Part shown: in pieces, positions 17,125-26,916 of the stretch
Layout of the letters: each line of letters begins with the position of its first letter
How positions within the stretch are numbered: the stretch's first letter is position 1
Assembly (NCBI GenBank): GCA_038065395.1
Contig: JBBTRB010000004.1
Coordinates: 135,178-199,177, forward strand
DNA: 64,000 bases
Direction: 5' to 3'
Source: Patescibacteria group bacterium
GTDB taxonomy: Bacteria; Patescibacteriota; Minisyncoccia; Phycocordibacterales; PALSA-1337
Position numbers and translations under genes: made by a program
The notes under the pieces: model-generated
Told to the model about the DNA's origin: nothing
The model's input: only the letters and a program-made list of their open reading frames with translations
Database searches by the model: none

Positions 17125-17198
17125 CCCTAGGGTAGGCCTAGGGACGAAAGTGAGCCATGCTAGAAGTATTTCGTACCTTCCTAGGCCTACCCTAGGGA
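17125..17198. promoter_or_regulatory. Perfect 18-bp inverted repeat (ccctagggtaggcctagg ... cctaggcctaccctaggg) with a 38-nt spacer in the divergent gmhB/csp intergenic region. Candidate operator or 5'-UTR structure
   Basis: Read directly. Located ~90 nt upstream of the cold-shock gene start. Confidence 0.5.
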
Positions 17199-17288
17199 AA
17201 TATCGACTGGACTTTGTGGTGGTCTCATGCTATGCTTATTGCACAAAGAAAACACGTCGAGTTTCTTCAAGTATTTTAAAACAACATC

Positions 17289-17486
17289 ATGACAGGCAAA
17301 ATCAAGACTTTGACAGAGAAGGGATTTGGTTTCATTTCTCGCGAAGGCGAGACAAAGGACCTCTTCTTTCATGCCAATGATCTCTCAGGCATCACATTCA
17401 ATGAGCTCCAGGTTGGAGACACAGTGAATTTCGAAGTCGTTCAGGGAGACAAGGGTCCAAGTGCAAAGAGTGTCGTTCGCGCATAA
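17289..17486 (+). CDS. Cold-shock protein (CspA family)
   Basis: MTGKIKTLTEKGFGFISREGETKDLFFH RNP1 motif. 65 aa. Confidence 0.9.
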   Translation: MTGKIKTLTEKGFGFISREGETKDLFFHANDLSGITFNELQVGDTVNFEVVQGDKGPSAKSVVRA

Positions 17487-17502
17487 GCGCTGACTTCAAC
17501 AA

Positions 17503-17535
17503 AACCCCCGTCGCATTCGTGCGGCGGGGGTTTTG
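17503..17535 (+). terminator. Rho-independent terminator after csp (aacccccg...cgggggtttt)
   Basis: GC stem plus T-run read directly. Confidence 0.7.
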
Positions 17536-17611
17536 CGTATAAGAGTGTGTAGTGATGTGTAGCTTCATTACTACAGTTACAAAACCTTATTTTTCTGTTA
17601 GTATTTTCCAC

Positions 17612-19822
17612 ATGAACGAGATCCCTGAGATTTTCCTCAAGCCCTACAACCCGGGCACAACTGAAGATCGCATCTACACACTCTGGGAGAAGAGTGGGTA
17701 TTTCAATCCGGACCTCCTTCCTGCGCGATATGCTGATGCCGAACCTTTCTCTATCGTACTTCCTCCACCCAACGTTACGGGCACACTCCATGCTGGTCAT
17801 GCACTGACGGTGACGATCGAAGACATCATGGTTCGTTATGCTCGTATGCAAGGCAAGAAGACTCTGTGGCTCCCCGGTACCGACCATGCGGCGATCGCTA
17901 CACAGTCCAAGGTTGAAAAAGACATTGAGAAGAAAGAAGGCAAACGTCGCCGGGATTTTACTCGTGAAGAATTCCTCCGTAGAGTAGAAGATTATGCTTC
18001 CGAAAGTCACACCGTGATCACAAAACAGCTCCGGAGTTTCGGCGCATCGGTCGACTGGTCACGCGAAGCATTCACGCTCGATGCTCCACGTACACTCGCC
18101 GTGCGAACCGTGTTCAAGAAAATGTATGACGAGGGACTCATCTATCGCGGCTACCGCGTGATCAACTGGGATCCAAAAGGGCAGACGACTATCTCCGATG
18201 ACGAGATCGTCTACGAAACTCGCAAAACCAAGCTCTACACCTTTGCATATTCCGCAGATATTCCGATCCTGATCTCTACCACGCGTCCCGAAACCAAGCT
18301 CGGTGACACCGCGATCGCCGTGCATCCAGATGACGCTCGTTATGCCGCGTATATTGGCCAGGAATTCACTGCGGTGTTCGCTGGAGAAGCCATCTCCCTG
18401 AAAGTCATCGCCGACCAGTCTGTTGATCCAGCATTTGGCACCGGTGCACTCGGTGTTACTCCGGCACACAGTAGTATCGACTGGGATATGTCACAGCGAC
18501 ATGGCTTGCCACTCAAGCAAGTGATCAATGAGTTCGGCAAGATGACTGTCGGTATGGAAGGTGTCAAAGACAAAAAAGTCGCCGAGGCTCGCGAGGCAGT
18601 AGTGGCATGGCTCAAAGAGCAAGGTCTCATGCACAAGGAGGAAGACATCGAACATAACATCAGTCTAGCCGAACGCACCGGTGGCGTGATCGAACCTCTA
18701 CCCAAGCTCCAGTGGTTCGTGGCAGTGAACAAAGAGTTCACTCGAGATGGTACAACTCACACACTCAAAGAGCTGATGCAGATAGCAGTGTCGTCTGGCG
18801 CGATCTCGATGATCCCGCCGCAGTTCGAGAAGGTGTATTTCCACTGGATCGAGAATCTCCGTGACTGGTGTATCTCTCGACAGATCTGGTATGGGCATAG
18901 AGTGCCGGTGTGGTATAGGAAAAATTTAAATCTTAAAAATGAAATCTCAAAAAAAGAGAATGAGATAGAAACGTATGTGGGAACTGAGGCTCCGACAGGG
19001 GAAGGGTGGACGCAGGACGAGGACACACTCGATACCTGGTTCTCCTCGGGTCTATGGACGTTCTCTACCTTGGGTTGGCCAGATGAAGCCGAGTTCGCCA
19101 AGCATCGCATCTACCATCCGACTGCAATCCTCGAGACTGGTCGCGATATCTTGTTCTTCTGGATCGCTCGCATGATCCTGATGTCGACGTATATTCTCGG
19201 AGAGGTACCTTTCCGACAGGTGTATCTCCACGGACTCGTCCTCGACAACCAAGGTCGCAAGATGAGCAAGTCCCTCGGCAACTTCATCGACCCACTCGAA
19301 GTCATCGCCAAATACGGCGCCGATGCCTATCGTATGGCACTGGTTGTGGGTGTGGGCCCGGGTAGCGACAGCAAGCTCGGTGAAGACAAGATCAAGGCTT
19401 ACAAGCTATTCAGTAACAAACTCTGGAATATCACACGCTTCGTCCTGGAGAATACCTCTGGTCAGTCACATGACGCGTCCTTCACTGCATACTCCGAATC
19501 CGACAAGAAGCTCATCACCGAACGTGACGCCTTGGTCACCGAGATCACTCGTGAGATGAATGAATACAAGTTCTATCTGGTGGCCGAGAAACTCTACCAC
19601 TATGTCTGGAGCAGGTTCGCCGCCGATATCGTCGAAGAGAGCAAGACTATATTCCGAGAGGGTACCGATGCCGACAAAGCCTCTCGTACCCAGTTCCTCA
19701 GAGGCACGCTCAACATCATCCTCAAGGTGCTTCATCCCTTCATGCCGTATATCACCGAAGAGATCTGGCAGGTGACTCATGCTGACGGGTCTGTGCTGAT
19801 GGTGGAGAAGTGGCCTGCGTAG
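17612..19822 (+). CDS. valS: Valyl-tRNA synthetase (compact form)
   Basis: HIGH-region PPPNVTGTLHAGHAL, KMSKS motif, WFSSGLWTFSTLGWP block. Start taken at MNEIPEIF (17612). Confidence 0.85.
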   Translation: MNEIPEIFLKPYNPGTTEDRIYTLWEKSGYFNPDLLPARYADAEPFSIVLPPPNVTGTLHAGHALTVTIEDIMVRYARMQGKKTLWLPGTDHAAIATQSKVEKDIEKKEGKRRRDFTREEFLRRVEDYASESHTVITKQLRSFGASVDWSREAFTLDAPRTLAVRTVFKKMYDEGLIYRGYRVINWDPKGQTTISDDEIVYETRKTKLYTFAYSADIPILISTTRPETKLGDTAIAVHPDDARYAAYIGQEFTAVFAGEAISLKVIADQSVDPAFGTGALGVTPAHSSIDWDMSQRHGLPLKQVINEFGKMTVGMEGVKDKKVAEAREAVVAWLKEQGLMHKEEDIEHNISLAERTGGVIEPLPKLQWFVAVNKEFTRDGTTHTLKELMQIAVSSGAISMIPPQFEKVYFHWIENLRDWCISRQIWYGHRVPVWYRKNLNLKNEISKKENEIETYVGTEAPTGEGWTQDEDTLDTWFSSGLWTFSTLGWPDEAEFAKHRIYHPTAILETGRDILFFWIARMILMSTYILGEVPFRQVYLHGLVLDNQGRKMSKSLGNFIDPLEVIAKYGADAYRMALVVGVGPGSDSKLGEDKIKAYKLFSNKLWNITRFVLENTSGQSHDASFTAYSESDKKLITERDALVTEITREMNEYKFYLVAEKLYHYVWSRFAADIVEESKTIFREGTDADKASRTQFLRGTLNIILKVLHPFMPYITEEIWQVTHADGSVLMVEKWPA

Positions 19823-19847
19823 CTTGTGTCGTTTCTGTATATTCTTG

Positions 19848-19877
19848 TGTCATCCCCGCGAAGGCGGGGATCCAGGA
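19848..19877 (+). repeat. 30-bp GC hairpin repeat, copy 3 (solo), immediately downstream of the valS stop
   Basis: Identical to 4829..4858. Confidence 0.8.
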
Positions 19878-20042
19878 TTATGTCACTGAAGTAGTAAATT
19901 CCTCCAGGTGGCGATAGTAACTTTCTCAGTTTCTACTCATACAGGCTAAAGTGACAAGAAAAGTTGTCACTTTAAGGTATTTGGCTCAAAAATGAAAACT
20001 ATATGGGAATCGACTATTAAATTCCATGCTACTATGTAAGCC

Positions 20043-20906
20043 ATGTCCTGGTTTGCATTCAGCTTGTTTTCGGTGATTTCTCTTGCAATAGCTGAGCTCT
20101 CTCTGCAGAAAATCCTGAATACCTCAAAAGCGCTCACCCCGAGAACTATTGCTTTTCTGGGGTACTTTCTCCAATCTCTATGCATCCTTCCTTTTGTATT
20201 GATATTCTTCAAAGCAGAATTCCTAAGTATTTTCACTGCCGAAACTTTCCCGAGAATCGTAGCTGTTTGCATCTTTAGTTCAATTGCTACGATCTTCTAT
20301 GCAAAAGGGTTTCAGGTTAAAAACATAAGCATATCGAGCATCTTCGGATCTTTCTCGATTGTGGTTTCCACTTGTCTTGGTATCTATTTCTACAGCGAAG
20401 GAACTTCTCTTGTGAAGTTCGCAGGTATCATTGCTATCCTTCTTTCAATTGTTATCTTGAATATCAAAAATGTCTCTCTTGAGAAAAATCATTTCTATGG
20501 TCTTGCCGCTGGATTCTTCTACGGTATCTGTTTTGTCATAGATAAAGGCACCGTGGCAACCATAACTCCTGCCGTATACGTGTTTTGGCTCTTCCTCCTC
20601 AGTGCATTTCTTTGTTTCATGTCGAATCCAAAAGAGGTAGTCGTATCTATACGGAACGAATCATTTCCGACATTTAAGATTATTATTCTTACGAACATTT
20701 GTTTTCTCCTCTATAACCTCCTTACATATACCGCATATACTGCAGGTGGGGAAGTTGGTAAAGTCGACGCCATCAACAGCTCTCAGATCTTTCTGATCAT
20801 ACTTTTTGAGTATTTCATCTTGAAGCATAAGGGTTCGATAGGGAGAAAGTTGCTCGCTGCTACTATCGCTTTCGCAGGAGTGCTTATAATAGGGGTGTAT
20901 CAATAA
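20043..20906 (+). CDS. DMT/EamA-family-like 10-TM transporter
   Basis: 287 aa, two repeated 5-TM halves. AT-rich. Confidence 0.55.
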   Translation: MSWFAFSLFSVISLAIAELSLQKILNTSKALTPRTIAFLGYFLQSLCILPFVLIFFKAEFLSIFTAETFPRIVAVCIFSSIATIFYAKGFQVKNISISSIFGSFSIVVSTCLGIYFYSEGTSLVKFAGIIAILLSIVILNIKNVSLEKNHFYGLAAGFFYGICFVIDKGTVATITPAVYVFWLFLLSAFLCFMSNPKEVVVSIRNESFPTFKIIILTNICFLLYNLLTYTAYTAGGEVGKVDAINSSQIFLIILFEYFILKHKGSIGRKLLAATIAFAGVLIIGVYQ

Positions 20907-20972
20907 TTCGTCACCCCTGCTATCCCCAGTAACGAATGAGAGTCTAGGAAATAAATGAGGTAAAATGAACTC

Positions 20973-22247
20973 ATGAAAAAAATATCTATAGACGCACCTT
21001 TAGTAGCACTCGGTGGACTTATCATCTTGGCAGGAGGCATGCTCATCACGTCTTCGGTCACACAGATCGGTAGCATATATCGCACGATTGCCCAGGAGGC
21101 TCCGGCAGAGAGTCAGCTCGCACAAGTCGGTGGTGGTGGAGGCTTCGGCAATGAAGTCAAGGGTTGGGCATGGTCGTCGAACGTCGGCTGGATCAGTTTC
21201 AACTCTACTGACGCTGGTGCAGGTGGCGGTCCGTACAAAGTCTCGATCTCTACTACAACCGCAAATCCAACTCTCGGTAAGTTCGGTGGATATGCCTGGT
21301 CTCCGAACGTCGGCTGGATCAGTTTCAACTCCGCTGATGTCTCAGGTTGCCCAGAAGTCGGCACTCTCGATGGTTGCAACCCGGCAGTCAGTCTGACCAG
21401 TGGCGCAGTCACTGGCTATGCTCGTGTCCTGTCCATGAAGAATGAGTCTGGCGATGGTTGGGTACAACTTTCAGGTACCAACCACCCAAGTGCTTCGGGA
21501 GACTCGAGTGGTGTTACTTTCAACACAAGTACCAAAGACTTCACTGGCTATGCTTGGGAGCCTACTGCTTTGGGCTGGATACTCGTCGATGCGAAACTAG
21601 ATAGTGTGGCAAGTGTTCAGTCTGGTCTGCAGGTGACCTGTTCGAGTTCTGCTGCTCCTTCGAACACTGTCGCTGCAGGTGCATCCGTCACATTCACTGC
21701 TAATGTCACCGGAGGAACATCACCATATTCATATACCTGGGGTTCATGTGGTACGAATTCGAACACCTGTGCGGTGACATACGGTGCATCTGGTACTGGC
21801 CCATCACTCACGGTGACCGATAGTACTTCACCTACCGCACTTTCAAAATCTCCAAGTCCTTCTTGCCCAGTCATCACCGTCAACACGACCTCATCCGGCA
21901 CCAACCTCTTCATCGGCTCCAACATCTCAACTACCAAGACTTCTCATTCTCTGAGACAAGGCAACATCTTTGCTCTGAGTTGGACTGATGCCCCGACAGA
22001 CTATGATTCTTGTGAACTCACTATCAGTAACGGTGGAAATGGATATTGGACCAATGCGATAGATGCAGTATCTGGTAGTGGGGCACAAGCAGGGAACATT
22101 GCAGGGCTTCTGACGGCCGTGTCTTCAGGCGTGCAACGTGGTAACTACACATTCACTCGTACGTGTCATGATGCCGAAGCACTTCTTCCACCGCAGCCTT
22201 CCACAGCCACCCTCCGTATTGTGGGCGCCTCCGGCGAAGAATTCTAG
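20973..22247 (+). CDS. Secreted/membrane-anchored repeat protein with three GW...ISFNS units
   Basis: N-terminal hydrophobic segment. Repeated KGWAWSSNVGWISFNSTD / GGYAWSPNVGWISFNSAD. 28-bp identical DNA repeats at 21178..21205 and 21304..21331. Confidence 0.6.
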   Translation: MKKISIDAPLVALGGLIILAGGMLITSSVTQIGSIYRTIAQEAPAESQLAQVGGGGGFGNEVKGWAWSSNVGWISFNSTDAGAGGGPYKVSISTTTANPTLGKFGGYAWSPNVGWISFNSADVSGCPEVGTLDGCNPAVSLTSGAVTGYARVLSMKNESGDGWVQLSGTNHPSASGDSSGVTFNTSTKDFTGYAWEPTALGWILVDAKLDSVASVQSGLQVTCSSSAAPSNTVAAGASVTFTANVTGGTSPYSYTWGSCGTNSNTCAVTYGASGTGPSLTVTDSTSPTALSKSPSPSCPVITVNTTSSGTNLFIGSNISTTKTSHSLRQGNIFALSWTDAPTDYDSCELTISNGGNGYWTNAIDAVSGSGAQAGNIAGLLTAVSSGVQRGNYTFTRTCHDAEALLPPQPSTATLRIVGASGEEF

Positions 22248-22367
22248 GGGCTAGTCCAGGATCTTCACCTGCTTCGTTATTTTCTGCGCTCAAACTCTCA
22301 CCATATACGCGATATGGCTCGAGCTTTCGCTTGAAAATGCCTCGCATCTGAAAGATCCTGGATACGC
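22242..22367 (+). repeat. ~120-bp dispersed repeat, copy A
   Basis: Roughly 85% identical by manual alignment to the reverse complement of 53722..53838. Confidence 0.7.
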
Positions 22368-22440
22368 CCTTATGAGATGCTAGCCATTTTCACTAAAAAT
22401 GCTAGAATGAAGGCACGTTCGGATAGACAGAGTAGTTTCT

Positions 22441-23139
22441 ATGAGACTTTTCTATATCACGCCATTCATCTTGCAGGGATTGATCTGGTTGCCCACCCGT
22501 ATGGCTTTGTCTGTCTTCGGGAGACTTGAGATCCGTGGCCTCCACAATCTCAAAAAAGTTCACGAGAATGTCATCTTTGCATCCAACCACACCAGTGAGT
22601 TGGATGTCTTTGTAATCGCTTCGTCTGTGCCATTCTGGTCACATTTCTCTCCACTGTACTTCGCATCGCGTGAGAACAAGTTCTACGACTCTTCCGGCTG
22701 GCGTCGACATCTCTATGGGGGCACGATCTTCAAGCTCTGGGGCGCCCAACCTGTTCATGCTGGTATGCATAACTACGAGAAGTCTCTCTCCAACCATACC
22801 TATCTGCTCAAAGACGGCAAGAGTGTGCTCCTGTTTCCCGAAGGACACATCACGACCGATGGCTCTGTCCAAGACGCACGCGGCGGGGTCGCGTACCTGG
22901 CGACCCATGTTGGCTGTACGGTCATCCCAGTAGGGATCTCGGGTGCGTACAGCATATCTCTATCTGACTTCTTCCTGCGTCGTCGCAAGATCATCGTGCG
23001 GTTCGGTGACCCGATATACCCCGAAGAACTCGACATCGCAGTTCGCCAAGATCACGACACCGAAGGTGCCGAGAACGTCTACAAACGCGAAGCCACCTAC
23101 ATCATGGAGAAGGTCAAGGAGATGTTAGGAATGGGGTAG
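22441..23139 (+). CDS. plsC: 1-acyl-sn-glycerol-3-phosphate acyltransferase (PlsC-like)
   Basis: HxxxxD motif NHTSELD and PEGHIT block. Confidence 0.75.
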   Translation: MRLFYITPFILQGLIWLPTRMALSVFGRLEIRGLHNLKKVHENVIFASNHTSELDVFVIASSVPFWSHFSPLYFASRENKFYDSSGWRRHLYGGTIFKLWGAQPVHAGMHNYEKSLSNHTYLLKDGKSVLLFPEGHITTDGSVQDARGGVAYLATHVGCTVIPVGISGAYSISLSDFFLRRRKIIVRFGDPIYPEELDIAVRQDHDTEGAENVYKREATYIMEKVKEMLGMG

Positions 23140-23151
23140 GGAAAGACAGAT

Positions 23152-24138
23152 CTAATGCCCAACTATCTTTAGCGTAGAACCTTCAGGAGAAACAGTTAGC
23201 CGGACCTTTCCTCCGATAGGGAAGGTGATCATTGGTTCTGTGTGTCCAAAGTCTATATTTGCAAGTACAGGAATGCGATCGAGCTCTTTCTTCGACTTGA
23301 TAACTTTTATGAGATGCTCCATCTCAATTTCACTGGCATTTTCGAATCTTCCAATGACAATACCTCGCACTTTGTTGAAGTTGGGAAGGTGAATGATCGA
23401 CTGTAGATCGCGGTTGAAATTCACAAGCTTGGAATCGCGATCGTCCTCTATGAATAAAATAGAGCCCGAGATATCCGGAAGATATTCTGTTCCCTGGAGA
23501 AGGTTGAAGGTACAGATATTGCCACCGAGGAGAATTCCTTCTGCAGAACCTTCGTTAATAACCAGCCATCCTTCATTTTTGAGCAGTTTCCGTTTTTCCT
23601 GATCGGCAAGCCATCCATCGTTGCTCCATGATTCACTCGGTAGTACGTCGAATTCTCCCTCAGCACATACGCATTTTTTGAAATATTCTAGGGTGTAGTC
23701 AAAATAAAGTTTCTGACCAAAGGTTGAATACAATGGCCCAGAATAGGTAACAAGGCCAGTTTTCGTATAGATGGCATTTTGCAATGCGGTGATGTCGGAA
23801 TAACCTATAAATACCTTGGGATTATTCCGTATGATGTCCCAGTCTATATATCGTAGAAGCTCATTGGAATTAAAACCACCAAAAGCGGCGATGATCCCTT
23901 TTACACTTTTGTCTGAAAATGCCTGATGGAGATCGCTGACTCGAGATTGGATGCTTGAAGAGTCGAATTCGTTCAATTCTCTGGCATGTTGAGTATAGGA
24001 TACCTCAAGACCTATTTCCGTGAATCTTTCATGGGCGATGCGCTCTACTTCTGGTGAAATATTTCCTAGAGAGTCAGAAGGTGCTATCACCATGATCTTA
24101 TCACCTCGTTTTAGTTTTTCTGGAAAAATTGGTTTCAT
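23152..24138 (-). CDS. ldcA: LD-carboxypeptidase (peptidase S66, LdcA/MccF-like)
   Basis: KLKRGDKIMVIAPS N-terminus and overall S66 layout. Confidence 0.7.
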   Translation of the reverse strand: MKPIFPEKLKRGDKIMVIAPSDSLGNISPEVERIAHERFTEIGLEVSYTQHARELNEFDSSSIQSRVSDLHQAFSDKSVKGIIAAFGGFNSNELLRYIDWDIIRNNPKVFIGYSDITALQNAIYTKTGLVTYSGPLYSTFGQKLYFDYTLEYFKKCVCAEGEFDVLPSESWSNDGWLADQEKRKLLKNEGWLVINEGSAEGILLGGNICTFNLLQGTEYLPDISGSILFIEDDRDSKLVNFNRDLQSIIHLPNFNKVRGIVIGRFENASEIEMEHLIKVIKSKKELDRIPVLANIDFGHTEPMITFPIGGKVRLTVSPEGSTLKIVGH

Positions 24139-24162
24139 GTGCGTATAACTATAGCTTTTTTT

Positions 24163-24192
24163 AAATAAAATGCCACCAGGAAAAATCCAGGT
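24163..24192 (-). terminator. Hairpin terminator (tgccaccagg/ccaggtggca) downstream of the 24226..24804 gene
   Basis: 10-bp stem with one mismatch, A/T runs on both sides. Confidence 0.5.
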
Positions 24193-24225
24193 GGCATCAT
24201 GTTGTTTTGAAAGTCTCCTGTGAGG

Positions 24226-24804
24226 CTAGAGGAGAACATGGCATGCGTCGATCAATACCAGATCCTTCGTGAGCCTTTTGACGAGGAGCATGCCGTATTT
24301 GCCGGTGTTCGTCATCATAACAATGACGGATCCTGGCTCGATATTGACCTGTCCCTGACGCTTTGCACATGCGGTGGTGCACATCTCCACCATGTCTTGC
24401 AACCTATCGAGCGAGTGGAATACGTGAAACTCCGCGGCGTTGATCGGAGCAGGGGCGATCCAGGTTTCGCAGAACTGATCTTTTGTGACTGAACCTTCGA
24501 GCAATCCGAGGTTACGTGCTCTTGTCATCGAACAGACCTGCTTGTAATCCGCCGTACCGAGACGGAACAGCAGGTTTGCTTCCTGACCAAGGTCCGCGAT
24601 ATTCGCGACCGCCCGTGCTTTGTTCGATTTGCACTTGGCGAATACGAAGACTGGACGCTCAAGGGTAAACTTCGCGGAATACCCGTAGTACTCTCCGTGA
24701 ACTGCCGGGATGAGTTGTTCGCCAGGAGTTACTCGTGCTTCTTTCGTCCAACCACCACAGAGCGTATAGCCCTGCAGAGCAGTCGCTGCTTCTAATGTTT
24801 TCAT
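24226..24804 (-). CDS. Hypothetical protein
   Basis: ORF with plausible start MKTLEAATALQGY. No recognised motif. Confidence 0.5.
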   Translation of the reverse strand: MKTLEAATALQGYTLCGGWTKEARVTPGEQLIPAVHGEYYGYSAKFTLERPVFVFAKCKSNKARAVANIADLGQEANLLFRLGTADYKQVCSMTRARNLGLLEGSVTKDQFCETWIAPAPINAAEFHVFHSLDRLQDMVEMCTTACAKRQGQVNIEPGSVIVMMTNTGKYGMLLVKRLTKDLVLIDACHVLL

Positions 24805-24960
24805 GTAATGATTCTGTCTAATGTACTGATCAAATCGCCTTATTTTGGAAATAAGTAACAACGATATGATGCTATCTTTAGTATATATCGAATGGATTGC
24901 TTGTCAACCATGTTCCTAGCTATCAAAAGATACAAGTCTTTCATCTGCGACATATAATAA

Positions 24961-25644
24961 TTGGTGGTATCATACGATGACAGGGAATCTTTATATACCA
25001 ATCTACATATGAAAACAGAAAACAACATCTACATGGTCGGTACACCTCAGGAATATTCTGAGGCTCTTTTGAAGCGTGTGTCTGAGGGTCTGAAGGTGGC
25101 TTCGACGACTTTGAAGTATGAAAAGCCGATAGATGTTGCGATCATCGATGCTGAATCATGGGATATCCCTGCGAAGATGTCTATTTTAGCCCATGCTCGC
25201 ATCAACCACATAGAAGCCAAGATCTGTTTTTATCGAGAAGACATACAGATAGATACGGTGATCAATGTCGAACTGCCACTCACTATTCAACATGAATTTT
25301 CACACGTAGTCCGTGCTAATACAGTCGGATACCCCGAGACTCTACTGGACGCATGTATAGACGAAGGGATTGCCTGTTTCGTGGAGTATGGTGCCATGCC
25401 CGAACGATCCATTCCTTATATTCAAGAGATACCAGGGGAGATGGAACTTTTACAAAAAGCTCGTACGCAATTCTCTCAGAGACTCACTTCGAAACTCCAT
25501 AGTGACTGGTTTTATGGTACAGGTGAGATGCCAAACTGGACTGGCTATCGACTCGGTTTTCTAATCGTTCAAAAGTATATGTCTGCAAACAAAATATCCC
25601 TCGACCACCTCGTGAGACTAGACTCAAAGACCGTACTGGCCTAA
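24961..25644 (+). CDS. HExxH-motif protein, putative Zn-dependent peptidase (DUF2268-like)
   Basis: HEFSHVVR motif and C-terminal WTGYRLGFLIVQKYM. The start could instead be the M at 25009. Confidence 0.5.
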   Translation: MVVSYDDRESLYTNLHMKTENNIYMVGTPQEYSEALLKRVSEGLKVASTTLKYEKPIDVAIIDAESWDIPAKMSILAHARINHIEAKICFYREDIQIDTVINVELPLTIQHEFSHVVRANTVGYPETLLDACIDEGIACFVEYGAMPERSIPYIQEIPGEMELLQKARTQFSQRLTSKLHSDWFYGTGEMPNWTGYRLGFLIVQKYMSANKISLDHLVRLDSKTVLA

Positions 25645-26856
25645 CTACACCCCTCTCTCGGTGATCTTGATAAAGTTCTCGATGATGTCTCCCAAGTTCT
25701 TGGCGGATTCGTCAGCGCTGTCGAGGATGGATTTGAGTTCGGGGCCAACAGGGCCGGCAGTGCCTTTGCGGATGGATTCGAGCTCCCATTTGAGTGAAGT
25801 CAGGGGAGTACGGAGGTTGTGTTGAGTCGAGGTGATGAATTCATCCTTGGTCTTGTTGAGCTGTTCAAGCTCGGCTCGAGCACGCTTCTCGACTTCATAC
25901 GCCCTGCGCACATCACGCGTCTGATCGGCGATCCGCTCTTCGAGATGCTCGTTGATCTCTCGTACCCGTCCATAGGCGGTCTTGATCTCCCGTGCCAACT
26001 TCTCGATCTGCTCTCGCTGTCGTATCTCGCTCAACACACTCCGGATCAATACAATGCCGAGTACCACACTGACGACGAAGAGGCTCCCCTGGATCACGAT
26101 ATCCTCTCGTGTCTCTGACAATACCGTGCGGATCAGGATCACGATCCATAACGTGAAGGTGACCAACTCTACCGCGATGACCTTGATGTTAAAGAGATGG
26201 TGGCGGAGGATGGCGAGGGAGATGGCGGATATGAATATGATTGATCCGATAGAGTCTAGGGGTATTAAAGATGTAATTCCTAGTATCGGTAATATAAAAT
26301 TGACAATTCCAACAATAAAACCAAAACCATATAATCCGGAGGCGACATAGCCATATTGCCTTTTTTCAATTCCGCTAGCATCGATAAACGCCTTCGTGAT
26401 TAGGTAGAGTATATAGATACTTATTAATATGAATTGTAACCCAAAAATCGGAAATAAGATTCCGAACGTGCCATCAAATCCTCCTGTAAAACTTCGCTCA
26501 ACGTTGGCAATGATTAAATTTGTAGAGATTGATAAAAAATAAAGTAAAATTGTACTCGACCAGAGGATAGATTTTAATAAACCCCTCATTCCTTTCTTGT
26601 GAATAAAATAATAAACCCAAGTTAGGATGGTAGGAGTTAATATGATCCCTGTGGCATATGCATGTTTGACCCAGAAATTGACAGGTTCAAGCGTGATCAA
26701 CGTATTTGTAATAATCCAGTATGCTGTGACAGCTGAGACTACTGCAAACAACTGATTAATCTTATTTTTCTTGTCATTAAGTAACACGACAACGCCGAGT
26801 GATACCACCAGAATAGACAAGATGTAAATTATCAACGATGTGAAATCCAAATTCAT
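25645..26856 (-). CDS. Membrane sensor with an HisKA (DHp) domain but no HATPase domain. Truncated paralogue of the 28225..29838 histidine kinase
   Basis: Multi-TM N-terminus. H-box FITSTQHNLRTPLTSLK. Ends ~65 aa after the H-box. Junction motif LIRSVLSEIRQREQIEKLA matches LIRSVIKEIAQREKIQKLA of the paralogue. Confidence 0.7.
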   Translation of the reverse strand: MNLDFTSLIIYILSILVVSLGVVVLLNDKKNKINQLFAVVSAVTAYWIITNTLITLEPVNFWVKHAYATGIILTPTILTWVYYFIHKKGMRGLLKSILWSSTILLYFLSISTNLIIANVERSFTGGFDGTFGILFPIFGLQFILISIYILYLITKAFIDASGIEKRQYGYVASGLYGFGFIVGIVNFILPILGITSLIPLDSIGSIIFISAISLAILRHHLFNIKVIAVELVTFTLWIVILIRTVLSETREDIVIQGSLFVVSVVLGIVLIRSVLSEIRQREQIEKLAREIKTAYGRVREINEHLEERIADQTRDVRRAYEVEKRARAELEQLNKTKDEFITSTQHNLRTPLTSLKWELESIRKGTAGPVGPELKSILDSADESAKNLGDIIENFIKITERGV

Positions 26857-26916
26857 CCCAGTACTATACTATTTTTGGTTATACTTGGTAAGTCTTATTT
26901 GTGTTAATATAGTGGG

